Positions 26,257 to 39,492 of a stretch of 64,000 nucleotides of DNA are shown in pieces. The notes under the pieces were generated by a model. It saw only the letters and a list, made by a program, of their open reading frames with translations. It did no database searches and was not told the origin of the DNA. How positions within the stretch are numbered: the stretch's first letter is position 1; the number at the start of each line of letters is the position of its first letter. Position numbers and translations under genes: made by a program. Source of the DNA: Polymyxa betae A26-41 (lineage: Eukaryota > Protista > Endomyxa: Phytomyxea). The stretch spans positions 1-64,000 of the forward strand of contig RBZT01000657.1 in the NCBI GenBank assembly GCA_003693705.1, written 5' to 3'.

Positions 26257-29200
26257 ATGCAAGCCATCGTTAAGACTATTCTGGACCGAGTTCTTGGTCC
26301 ATACTGCGACTTTGAGGGTAGGCCAATAGGGCTAGTCTGAATAGAAAACGAAGCGATTTTTATAGGTGATATCAATGTCGACATGTGGTCTGGGAAAGCG
26401 GTGCTGAGGCACGTTCGAATCAAACCTGATGTTATAGATTCAGTGGGGATCCCTATCGATATCAAATCGGGATATATTGACCGAATTGGGTTTGATTTCT
26501 CATTTCATTCGAGCTTGTTGCTGATATTTTCGGCGGTAGGCTTGTCTGCGACTGGAGATCTGGTTTTAACAAACCAGTTGAAGTTGAATTATCTCATGTT
26601 TATGCGGTCGTATCGCCACGAACAGATTTTTCCAAGTTAGACTTAGATAAAATCAGAAAAGATGCCTTACAATCAAAGGAAGACAAAAAATCTGCTGAGC
26701 TTAAAGTGCCGACACATGGGGCAACTGCTTATTCTCTTTTACTAATTAGAGCTTATTAGGCTTGGGAAGATGGGCAGTTTGATGCCGAAAAGGGTTTTGT
26801 TGGGAAACTTGGAAGGCGGTTGCTCCGAATTCAGCCTAAATCTAGGAAGCAGTCGATTCAAGAGGAAGTCGACTATACGTCTCAAGAAAACATGACGCAA
26901 CTAGAAAAAGTATGTTCCTAGACTTTCACTCCATAGTTGAATTACACATTCGCTTTAGATGATTGCCAAGATTATGGCGAATTTACGAATCAAAGTCTCT
27001 AACGTGCACGTCCGCTTGGAATGCGAAGACAACGCTGTTGGTGTCAAGATTCGGGAATATTCGATTCAGACGACAGATGAGTTATTTAAACCTACTTTCG
27101 TTAAAAATCTTGGAAATACGCTCTACAAAGTGAGAATGTTTCTGCCGATTTGCTTCTGTTGAAGACTGTATAGTATATTGCCATGGAAGAGCTCCTTGTT
27201 TATGTAAATTCTGGATCTCGTATCAGATCTCGACTGCAGAAGCAAAATCTTGCAGAAAATGAGGTAAAATTTTGTTTTTCGTCAACAATTGCTGTAAACG
27301 CTTTGTGTCAGGCACCTGCATCAGAACCACAATTTAGATATGTTCTTCAAACTGAGCTTGAGGAGGACGACACCAATTTTCTTTTGAGTCCTGTCTCGTT
27401 CACTGTCCATGCAACCATGCAACAGCGACCGACAGAAAAAATGCCAAAGATGAAGGTGCTTACCTTCAGAAAATGTGAAACCTGACTAAGAAAAAATAAC
27501 TAGATTGATGCTTTCTTGGAGAATGTCAAGCTTGTCCTTACGAGTTATCAGTACCGTTCTGTTCTGAAAGTGCAGAAAGCAATGTCGAATTCTTCAGAAA
27601 CTCTCGACCGGTTAATTGGCCCGGAGATATACGCAGAGGGTAATGGCGATTCCAACCTGATCGACCTCGATCTAGAATATGTCGAATTGTATCGACGAAC
27701 TCTGTAAGTTAGACACATTGCTGTCAGCTTGATCCTCAGCGTATTGATGTTTTCCAGGCACGTCCCTGGCGTAGACATTCCTGAGTTATCCAACGACGAA
27801 GAATCGCGACTTACCACTCTAGAGCTCAACCATACTGCTGACGAAATCGAGTTCTATAGGTCTTCATGCTTGTCATTTCCGTCAACTGTGCTCTTTTGAA
27901 ATCATTGTTACAGAAAATCTGTGCTCAACGAACTCGATGAATTTCTCGTGCGGCGATCTAGCCAGTTAAAATACGAAATCCGTCGGAAACGCGATGTTCC
28001 GCGCGAGAGCGGGTGGTTTTCCTGGTTTAAGTCAGCGAAACCGGAGTCGAATTCATATGGGGGTCTTCTACCGAATGAAGCTGAAATAGATACTGTTCTC
28101 GAGACCCCAATCGTTGAAGAGAATGAAGAGAAAGCGCTATCGACTGTGTTTTCCGAAGTGTTGTTCAAAGTACCAGAGATTTCTTTGACATTAGTAGGAG
28201 ACAAGGTTTGCCGAATGCTATCTAAAATGCTCTGTTTCTATCTGAGCTTACCTTGCTGATAGGCAAAACTGCTTCATGGCGCCATTGTTGGATCAGAATT
28301 TAGGGCAACTGCTCTAAACATCTCCACCATTGATATTGAAGCTACTATTTCCAAGATTTCGCTATCAAATTTGCTTTACGAACAGGTAGACTCAATAGAT
28401 TATTTTTGCGAAATCACCAATTCGTCTCAGGCTGCTTTCCCTGAAATTCTTTGTCCTTCGTCGACAGATATTGTCAAGTTCGGGAAAAAGTCGCTCTTGC
28501 ATTTGCTGATTCGAGTGAATCCCGTTGATTTACCCGCAAAGTTTGTGGTATTGGGTGGCATTGAGCCAGTATGTGAAACTCTCGTGCTTAAATCATGCAA
28601 GTGACTAATCTCTGTGTAGATTGATGTTGTTGTAGATTATACTCTTATTCAAAACGTTCTTCCGTTCTTTTCTTATGAACCTGAAAAGATTAAAGCGGAT
28701 CAACCCGAGAATCAAACCGACGAATCTTTAAGCATTCTTTCGTCATTAACTGCTTCTACACCCAAAGATGTAGCCCTTGCGCGACGTCCTTCTGTAATAG
28801 TGGATCTGAAGATTTCAGCCCCAACCATTTTGGTAAGTCTTCTAAAAACAATCATCTGTTTTTCTTACTTGGAGACAGGTTCCTCAGCAACCTTTGCAAA
28901 AAGACACTTTGCTTCTTGTTGTCGATTTAGGATGTTTCTTTATATCAACAAGACCAGCTTCTAGAGGCGCAACTGAAGTGGATCTGTCAGCTATCAACGT
29001 TTCGGATCTCAAGGATGTAGAAAATCCAGTTTACAAACGTGTTTATGATAATTTCACTCTTGAGTACAAAAACCTTCAGATCTTCTTATCAGAACATGGC
29101 AAGGACTGGAGGGCGCATTATGATCGTAAGAATGTTAATCACTTATTCTGCTGAAGAAAAACTTATTGCATTGTTTCAGCCGAATCCACAGACTCTAAAT

Positions 29201-32200
29201 TGTTATCTCCTGTCAGCTCGTCGTTGTTCATTGGACTTTGTGTTTTAGTCGAGTCAGGCCCATTAGCGACGTTGGTCATCAATGTCCACTTTAAGCCTCT
29301 CACCATTGCAATGTCGCCGAATGATTTGAAACAAATCATGGTTATATCCACTGGTTTCCAGCTGATGGCACAAACTCGAAAACCAAGCGCGGATTTGCAA
29401 ACGGATTCGATTGCAGTTAGAACAAAATCGCACGAGCCTGCGTTCTCCAAAGACCAGGCCATTCCCTCAGATTTAGCTGTCACTTTATCCGGAAAAGAGA
29501 CCGATGTGGATGCATTTGTGAACGTATCCATGGAGGGTCTTAATGTGGCTATATCGGTTGAATCCAGGACAATAATAAGTGCAGCAATCAATGGAATTGC
29601 TTTGGATTTAACCAAAAGAACATTTGACATGGCAATATCTTTCTCAGTTCATCAGATGTTCGTTGAGGAATGCCTCTCTAAGACTAAATTCATCCTCTCC
29701 TACACGTCTACTGCATCCAATTTGCTTGCAGACTCCAATTTAAGTCATTTCATTATGTGCCGGTATCTGCAAAAAAATCGTGTTTCATCAAGCCTTCAAG
29801 AAGTTGATCGTTTTGTGGAGCTTTACGTTGGTTTATTGGAACTCAATTTGGAACCCACATCTCTTTATGAGACCGCATTGTTCATTGTAATGTGCCCTTT
29901 GGAGCTTTGAATCCTTCTGATATGTAAATTTAGAAAACCCTTCTCGATGCAGTCAATTTGCCTCCACAAATTGTTGAGGGCATTGAATCAACCTTTGATC
30001 GCGATTACTTCCCAATCACAGTGTCCTTAGCTGAGACGCCTTCTAGTGCCGCGCCCATTACAATGTTTTCCTTTCATCCGAAGTTCGATGGTATTATGCT
30101 TCGAACATGGATCCGGCAGCAACCCGTCATGGAAGCTTCCATTCGACAAGTGCATTGTGACATCGCTCAAGATATCAGCGGGTGTATCAAAGCTTCTTTG
30201 AAGCTTGCGTCGCTGCAAATTGAGGTATAAACTGAAATGCCCGATTGAACAACTTGATAATAGAATTTAGGACTGTTTGGTGCCTAAAGATCACATTTTC
30301 AGGCACATTGTGATATTGGCTGAAGAACTTCCACAGTTGCTTATACTTGAAGTCGAATATTCTCAAGCGTGCATGAATGTGATGTGTAATGTTGATGCCA
30401 TCACATTGCTTAGTCGTGCTGCTTTTGTAGCAGAAATGTCGGACCTGATTCAGTTCAGCCCCATCTCAAGGATTTCTTCAATGTTTGCTCATTTTCCTTC
30501 GGAAAGCATTCAAGATGAAGTTGGATCACACTCCTCCGAGGCTGCCAGTGACGTTCCTGCAATTAAACCCGGACGAATTAGTTTGAATCTCGGGCAGCTG
30601 CAATTGTCAGTAGCGCCTGACGACACCCTTGATCGTTTGTTCACGGTTTCGATTACTAGAGCTGTCGCACACACAGAGAAGTATGACAGCATTTGGGTCT
30701 CATCACTTCGCTTGCTAATACATTGTTTAGGTCTGAAATTGCTGCTGAATTCCACGAACTTCAGGTTTTAGTTACTACTCCTGATGAATCACTCCAGCAA
30801 CCTACGGCTGTGAACATCATAACGGTTGATTGGCTGAAACTTGCCTACGATACGTCTCCAACGGAGCTGCAATCTGAGCAAAATGCTTTCATAATTGATG
30901 TGGATTCTAGTCCACTGGCATTGCTTGCAGGAACGAAGGAGTTTGTGTCATCTTTGTCAAGAATCGCTAACAATCTAAACTTATATCAGATACCTTGCTA
31001 TTTTGGGGATTTACAATACGTGCATTGATGTAAAGCCAAGCATTGTCAGAGAAGCTTACAGTATTATTGAAGAGCCCGTTGCATTGCCTCCGTTGCAGAA
31101 ATCGATTGCTGCAGTCATGCCTGCAATCTATTTGACTGTGGGTAAAGTGCAATCGAAAATGATCAAGCGCAATAAAGGTCTCTTGAATTGCTTCGATTGC
31201 AATACGCATCTGATTTTTTCAGGATTTGAGTTAACGCTCAACTTGAATGGCAAGTTTCAAGTTTTGCTGCAATCGATTGCGGGACAGAAAGATTCGATCG
31301 TCTTGGGCTCAGGATTCCAGTTTGCATTTGAACAAAATGCATTGGGAGCATGGAATCTTTTGTCGAGCATCGACGCTATTTACATAAGCCGACAAGATGG
31401 CGACGTTACAATGAATATCTTACGTCCGACAAATATTTTGTTCAACGTATGTCTTCAAACTCGCTTTCGAACTATCCAGTGCGCTTATCAGATTGCAGTT
31501 GTCATTTGTGCCACTCGCAAACTCTACTAAGTCTTTGAACATTAATGTTGAGGCAGATCAGCTTCATTTCGCATTATGTTATTCAATCATTCTTCTTTGT
31601 CGAAGCAGTGTTATGGTTCTTATGCAAGTACGCCCAACATACTAGTCATCAACAGAGACTAATGATTTTTTACGGTTAGGCGTTTAATCCTGTTTTGGAT
31701 TCACTGGCCAAGAAAGACATTGATTTGGTTGAATCGGGCGATGCATTCCCAGTTCCTATGAAAATTGATATTCCAACATCTTTTGAAGAGGTGACTTTAA
31801 CGCCGACGTGCCTACTCTGCCTTATTTGTTGAACATTGGATTCAGCAAGAAGAAGCTATACCAACTTGGGATCTCAACGAGTCTTTCAATATCTCATTGA
31901 AATCGCTTCGTATTGATTTAGCAAATGACATTGTCAACTCGACCTCAACCTGCAGAGTGCCTGTTCTGGAGTTTCTGATCGTAATCGATCCGAAATCGGA
32001 GGGCCATGGCTATGGAAATGTTCGTCATATGTAAGCTGAAATCTCTTTTCGGTTGTCTATAACGTATTTGGATTCAGTTATCTCGGATTGACTTTATCTG
32101 CAAGAGTTTATAACAGCAAAGTAACTGCCTGGGAGCCATTCCTCGAACCCACCTCGATTGCTATCATTTCACGTCAGACTGTTTCCACTAAGGAGCTTAG

Positions 32201-35200
32201 TATAGGTGTGCTTTTAATTAAATTAAGATTTATCTAATTGCTTATCTTTTCAGCTTTTAACGACAAGCTCGATGTTAACATATCCGATCGTATGCTGGCA
32301 TCTTTTATGGAATCATATCGGTCATTCGCATCAGGTAATTTGCCTCTGTGTGTTGCGCTGTATAACTGCTGAATTGTGTTATCAGCATTGACCGCCCCTA
32401 CCTTTGTCGGCAGACCCGAGCTATCTTTTGTCTCAGGATCGAATTATGTCAAAGCAGATTTTACGATTCAAGCAAAGAACGAACTTGAGGTGCTCTGGTT
32501 ACTGTCACTGTATGATTCTGCGATTGAATCAATTGATGTCAGATTCCTTTGAGGATTTCGATTTCCAAAGGGGATCAAATTCAAGAAGTTTCAATCGAAC
32601 CGTTTTCGACAAATGCGCTTCCTTTATTGGACGAATCTGCTAAATTACAGCTCTCGGTGGGTGACGATTGGCTTCCTATCAAAGATGTGAGTATGGTAAT
32701 GTCTCGTCGATATCCATTGACTATTGTTTTTTTGTAGATCAGTATTGCCAGAGCAGGAGCCGTATCGTTTTGGGTTCTCGGATACAAACCAAGCAACAAA
32801 AACCATTCTGTTCGCATCATCGTTGAAGTTATCGATACGGGATCGTCGAAAATGGTTCAGGTACATTCAGACCAGCAAATTCTGAATCATACCTCAATCG
32901 CTGTGAATATCTCTGGATTTGGTAATACTCTGACATATTCTTCTTCATGTTTCTGAATCTCAGAAGTGATCAAATCGCAGCAGTCTCTATGGCTTCCTGC
33001 CTTTAGTTATGATCCTTCGTCTCTCCTTCGTGTATCAGTAGCAGGTTTGACCTCTTTTTCTTCAAAGTCCCAATCGCATTTCGTTAATTTTTGTCTAGGC
33101 TCCAGCTCAAAAGCGTTTTTGGATTTCTCCCAAGATACCAGCTGGCTTATGTTCAATGTAACCATACGGGTGACAACCTTGTTATTAGGCTGATATGCAT
33201 TGTTAGTCTAAAGATAATGGACCTCTTCTATGTTTTCAAGCTGAAAGACGCAAAGAGCTGTGTAATGCATATGCAGTTCACTTGAAGCCAACTCGCACTG
33301 TTCAGAATCTGCTATCAGTTTCTTGCAAACTCCTGTGTACAATCCGCAACAGTTCATGGCAAGATCAGGTATGTCCATGCTAGCAACAGCTCTCGATTTT
33401 TCCTGTATCTTATTGGAGTAGTCGCCAGTAATGTCTCCATCAGATGAGCATCCCTTGATGATAGACCCGAAAGAAGACATTCAACTTCAGATTATACTTC
33501 CTTTCATGGAGTCAGTAGGATCTTATGTATTGATCGTTTATTTCTGACTAGCCGTAGCTCCTGGAGTTCTCCAGTTCCAGTAGTTCAGGACTCTAAGCAG
33601 GCGATTCTGGTTACGGATCGTCAAGGGAATAAGTTAAAAATTTATATCGAAGTGCAATTTGACAAAGCCATAATATTTGTCGGCTACTGGATCTATGATC
33701 TGGTTCAGTTACCCGGTGGTATTCAGCTTCAAATATCTTCCGAATCGGTAACAATATTTTGATGCTTTGTGATATAGGAAATTTTAAACTAAGTTTCACA
33801 GTTCGAGAATGTCCCATCCATATTTCCTCCTGATGAATTTTCGACCAAATCTGGACAACTTGAGTCACTGATTGAACCTCTAATGTTCCATTCGGATTCA
33901 GGAAGAGCAAATGTGAGGTTATCCTTAAGCGATTCACAGTGGTCCCAACCTTTCTCAATCCAAGCTGCCGGTTCATCGGAAGTTGTCTCAGTATTAGTTG
34001 GCAATGAGGTTTATCAGTTTAATGTCAATACTTCGTTGTGCATGGCGCCCTTCACTAGAACTAAGATGGTTTGCTGTTAATGTAGCAAGGAGTTTCTGTA
34101 CTCAAAGTTATACAGGTTGTTTTTACTCCACGTTATATCATCGTTAACTCGTTGCATTTCCCTGTTGTTCTCAAGCAATTCAATGATCCTTTAAACATTC
34201 GTCTCGAATCGGGTGAGACACAGCCGCTTTATAAATGGCCGAATTTCTCGTTGCCAGAAAAACTTTGTTTCAAACGAGACGATGCCAGTGCTCTTTGGTC
34301 AGATGGCAACACTTGCTTGATGTCAAGCCTGACCGTTTTTGTTTTTCAGGACAACTCCTATCGCGGTTTCTGATGTGACTGATGAAACGCTAACACTTCA
34401 AGGAACGAACTGGTCGAGATTCGCTCGTCTGGAAGTCCAAAGAGGAAATTCAACTTTCCTGTTGCTGTCGCATCAGAAGCCTTCTTTGGTCCCATTAGTG
34501 ATTTGCAACAGGACCGTTGTTTGCGATGTAATTTGAATTCTGTCTCAGTTTTCAAACTGTAACTTGTTCTTTACAGGTTTGGGTCAGACAAAGGGGACAT
34601 TTAAATTGGCATCACCTCTCTACACAAACTGGCTATCCGTTCGGTTTAGGCGACCGATCACAAGGCGATCTTATCTCCTTTAAACTTGGATGGCTGGTCT
34701 CCAAAGAAGCACAAATATTTACGAGGATCGATTTAGACCTTGCCGAGCTCAAGGTATGCTGGTGTTCTCTTTCCCTTTTTATTCTTATCGGTTTTAGGAT
34801 AAGGAATTCGTCTGGAATCATTCTGACGCTCACGACATTGTTTTCGAACTGGAACAAAGGGGACCTTTTCAATCTGTAATTATCAGTGAGCGCATTCTTA
34901 GCAGAGACGCATTATGTTCGTCATTGTCCTTTATCCATTCTAACGTCAATGCGCTGGTACGAGAATTATTGCATGAGAATATTAGTATCGATTATTAATT
35001 TTTAGGTGTCGCGATGGACTTCGAAGAAGATTGAATTCACAGAGCTGGCAGACAATTTGATAGATCGAAATCGCTATCTGCAATTAACCATTGTAACGAT
35101 GCTTGAAAATCACGATTTGTGTTTAACTGTTGTTGTTAGGTTGAATGCTCGCATCTTGATGTACCTTCAGATTCCATCTCTGTGTATTTAACCGCAACTT

Positions 35201-38200
35201 CATTTGGTCAAACTTTACAGACACCAGGTAATTCTTCCAGTTCAGTCTGTACCGAGGCTAAATTTTCGACAGTCATTACTGATGCTGTTGACCCGTACTT
35301 TTCATCAAAACATTGTTTCTCTCTCGGTGAAAATGACCACGAAGGAATCATTAACATTTGCGTTTACACACTCCGAGCGTCAAATCTGTCAACATTGTTT
35401 TGCAAATTCGATATTCCCATAGATTTCCATACTCCTGTCATTGACCGATGGTTCAATTTAGAAGTACGGATTTGTTCACAGCATATTGTGAGGTTTATCA
35501 ACGTCTGTTCAGATACAAAATCGAACCGTTGGTCAAATCCATCTTGTTATACGCCTTTTCGACTCTAAATGTGAGCTGGTGAAGAATGAGATGCAAGGTA
35601 ACTCTGAAAACAGCAACGTTGTTAGCCAATCTTACTTTGTGGCAGGGCTCAATGCAACTTTATTGAAACAGCAGGACATTGCGAAAGAATTAGACGCATT
35701 GATGGAATCGCTTCCTGCTACCATTCAGTTGTCTTCCGATCTGGTGGTGAAGAATCCAAATCAGGTAACACCTTCGAGAAGTAGATGGACAAATGACTCA
35801 AATTCCGAAGAAAGCTCGCTTGTCTGAATTCCAAATTTTCCCTATCGAGATTCGAGGTATTGATATTCCTCAAGCTGAACCTAAATTGATAGTTCTTCCA
35901 CCGTCGGAATCAATCGACACGAAATTTCAAACCCCTCGGTATTGCTTATCAGAATTCATTGCCGTTTTTCTCAATAGCAGCAATGCAGAAGTTCTCCTGG
36001 ACGGCCATCAACGTCCCGTCGCTTTATTTGCGAATTCAAAGCTAATGTCTATGGTCCAGATCAGGTTGCTGCCTCCAACACCAGTTGCACAGGATCTTAG
36101 CGTTTCTATTAGGGGGCACGTTCTGCTGTGGTATTGACCGATTGGAACGGGGAACAGATCGCTAAAGTCCTTGGGGAATTCTTCTCGTTCAGAGTCTTCA
36201 ATGATTTCCAATATGTTAGTTCTTCGTAGTGTCTGTGGCCAGTTCTTCGCTCAAAACTGTAACAGCAATCAGAAGTTTCTGTTGAAATTACATTGAAACA
36301 AGAGCAACGGGAAGGGAGAAGTCCCGCTCAATACCGAGTTATCGATCGACTTGTTTTCACTGCTTCCAAAGTAGGATTATTTCGCTTAGATGATAATAAC
36401 TTGACCGAGTCGCTCTATTGACAGGCTTTGGGCGAGACCTGGCTGAAGTTCGAAAGCGGGAAAAACGAAATATGCTTATCTGTCATTCAGCAAAATATTG
36501 AGCTTTCACAGCGGGATGTTTTCAAACCCTTTTCACAAATTCAGTTGTCAGTTGCCATCCGGTGCATTTCTATCCTTTCAATTTGTCATTAGTTTCTGCA
36601 ATCAAATTGGAGTGTCTTTGATAGACCGAATGTCACGGGAGATTATGTACATCTGCATTTTGAAGACACATGTGAATATCGTTGACGCTTCAGATCAACT
36701 CGTACGCAAAGGTTTCTGAAGCTGTGATTCCCGAATCTGATGTAGTATTAGGGTGCCTCAGTCTACATTGGATCATTGCAATTTGACAACCAGATGCATG
36801 AGGCGTTATATTCTGTCTCATTCTTTCCAAAGAAAACCGTCGATAAAAATGGCAAGGATATTCCGTGGTTGCAGGCTGCCGCTTTAAATCTGAAGGATAA
36901 ACAAAACGAAGGTAGCCTTATTGAACTGAATGATTTCTCATTTTTTGAACGTTCTTATGCAGGTTTTACTCACTTACAGTTTTTGAGCATGTTGTTACAA
37001 GAAACGAATATCTTTATTGAAGAAGAGTTAATTTGGGCATTATATGGGTTTGGAACCGATATGGCCGATATCTTCAAACCTTTGGCTTCGGTCTCTGAAC
37101 GCCGCCTGGGTTTGAGTATTTCAGAATATCGCGCTCATCCAGAACCAGGTAGGCCATGGATATCGTGATCACAGGGCTTCTTTGAACAAACTTCAATAGG
37201 CGCCACTACTAACGTTTACATTAAGAATTTCGTTCTGCATCCCGTTGCTTTCAATTTGACTTTCCAGGTCCATTCTAACTTTTTGTGCTGTACTGAACTC
37301 ATTATTGTTCCAGCCGGATTTGACTAGGAGAGAACAAAAGCGCCTTAGGCTGGTGTCTCGATATGCGAACCCGATTGATATGCTTCTTGGTGCTGCTGGT
37401 GTAACACTAAGCTCTATTAAGGTTTCAACGGCTCATGTCTTTGCATTGAACTTGTCACGAGCAACTATTAGGAAGCCCCAATTCGTATTGACTCTCTGGA
37501 AATTTCCGATGTTTTCGGTTCATGGTAGTTTTCCTTCTGATTATCACATCTGATGGCTAATTTAGTAATGCAGGCAGACACTGCTGGATCCCATCAAGAA
37601 ACATTACCTTATTCAAATCCTGCAACAGGCATACAAAATCCTTGGCTCCCTATCTGTTCTAGGAAATCCGGTTGGATTGGTTTCCAATCTTGGACAGGGC
37701 GTAAAGCACCTGTTTTACGATCCAGCCCAGGTCGTATCTCACTAAAGTGCCGGAATCGAATCACTGACGTTGACGCTAGGGCTTGGTATCTAGCCCGTTA
37801 GACTTTGGAAAAGGTCTGGCAACAGGCTCTACGCGATTCGTTCAACATACTGTTGGCGGGGTACTGTCCTCAGCTGGACAAATTACATCCAGCCTTGGGA
37901 CTGGAGTGGCGGTGTTGACAATGGATCGTGCATATCTTGAAAAACGTGAGAAGGTCAGGTCGTTTCAAGATTTTTTTGCTGCTTCTGAGTTGTTTAGGAC
38001 GAACGAAAGCGCATACTTGAAGCGGCTCAAGGAATCGAGTCACATAATGTTGCAACTGGTATGTCGGTCGAAGTTTCAACATTGGCTTTTCAACACCGAC
38101 TTTTAGGTCTGATGGCTCTCGGGTCTGGATTTATTGGTGGAATCCGTGGTGCTGTCGAAAAGCCAGTTGCGGGTTTGAAAAAAGGCGGTGCGCTAGGATT

Positions 38201-39379
38201 CCTGAAAGGTCGGTGCGACTTTTTCGTAAGTGAATGAACATTCATCGGTTTACCTACAGGAATTGCAAAGGGAGGAGCTGCATTGATCGCCCAACCAATT
38301 GTCGGCGTCATCGACTTTGGAACACACACAGTCCAAGGTTCCTCCCTGCTTTTGAGATTTTGTGATTATATGTTAACACAAGCTGGTACAGGAGTTCAAG
38401 GTGTGTTTGGAAGGCCATCTCGAATGTATGGTGTTACACGGTGTCGGTTACCTCGCTTCATTACGAAATCTGGCATCTTAGAACGATACCACGTTCTTTC
38501 CGCAAAAGGTTCACTTTTTTGTCCTCACAGAAAGTCGTATTGATTTGTCACCAGGTCAATCCATTTTATGGGCGAGCGGCAAACTACTCGGTAAATGCTA
38601 GTTTCATGTAAGGTTACATAAATTGACGTCGGAGTCGTTACAGAACGCGTATCGATTCCATTGACCAACCAGCAGCGTGATCAAGAAACTCTCGTTTCCT
38701 GTAAAGAAATCAGATTTTCCGGAAATGAAAACAATTTCAAATCAATGTAAGTTGTCCAAGAACGCATTTACTGGAATTCTCTCATTATCTGCAGCGACAT
38801 CGCCTTAACGAGTTACCGTATTATTGGTGCCGAGTTCGATTCGGACTCAAGTCCTCCAGCATCGATTTTGTTCTCAATCGGCTTGGATCAAATCGACTTC
38901 GTTTCGCATTCGCCTTCAGACGATCGTTTCACCATAAAACTCATTGATGGGACCAAAGTTCCAATCAAGACTAGATCACCAGCAGAGGTACGTGCTTGGT
39001 CACTTGCTGTAGTATTTTTAAAACTCTTGGTCAGGCTGATGATTTCCTTGTATGGATTGTTCAGCATCTTGAAGGTTGTATCCCTGTCATCCGTCATGCT
39101 ACATATGGTACTGGAAATTTCTGGATCACAATCACCGAGTTGTTGCAGAAACATATCTCGGCATTGGGAAGGGTTCCGATTGTCACTGTTGACCAGCTTG
39201 AACAAGTACATTCTCACTTATCTTATGTTCATTGTTGAATTAATTTATTGTAGATGATCAGCGCTCAAAGCAAAGACATAATGGCCAGTTGCGGTCGGGG
39301 GCGGTTATGGGTAGAATACACACGAGGTCCCGACTTAATCACAGCGGAATTCGATCTAAGCCAGACGATCGCTATTTAA
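26257..39379 (+). CDS. VPS13: VPS13-family bridge-like lipid transfer protein, very many short introns, with internal C2-like domain(s)
   Basis: Chorein-N MQAIVKTILDRVLGPYCDF..WSGKAVLRHVRIKPD..PIDIKSGYI, IAKIMANLRIKVSNVHVRLE, DLKISAPTILVP, AWEPFLEP, VAB-type PFTRTKMVVFTPRYIIVNSL, QFDNQM, and ATG2_C-like LGNPVGLVSNLGQGVKHLFYDP..GIAKGGAALIAQPIVGVIDF. Confidence 0.92.
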
Positions 39380-39492
39380 TCATAAACTATATTTTGTGTG
39401 ATTTTCGATGTCACGGACTTTGGAGATCATGATTGATGTCACATCGTGGTGTCTGACGTCTGACCTCCTTTATCATTGCTTGATAGACTGCA

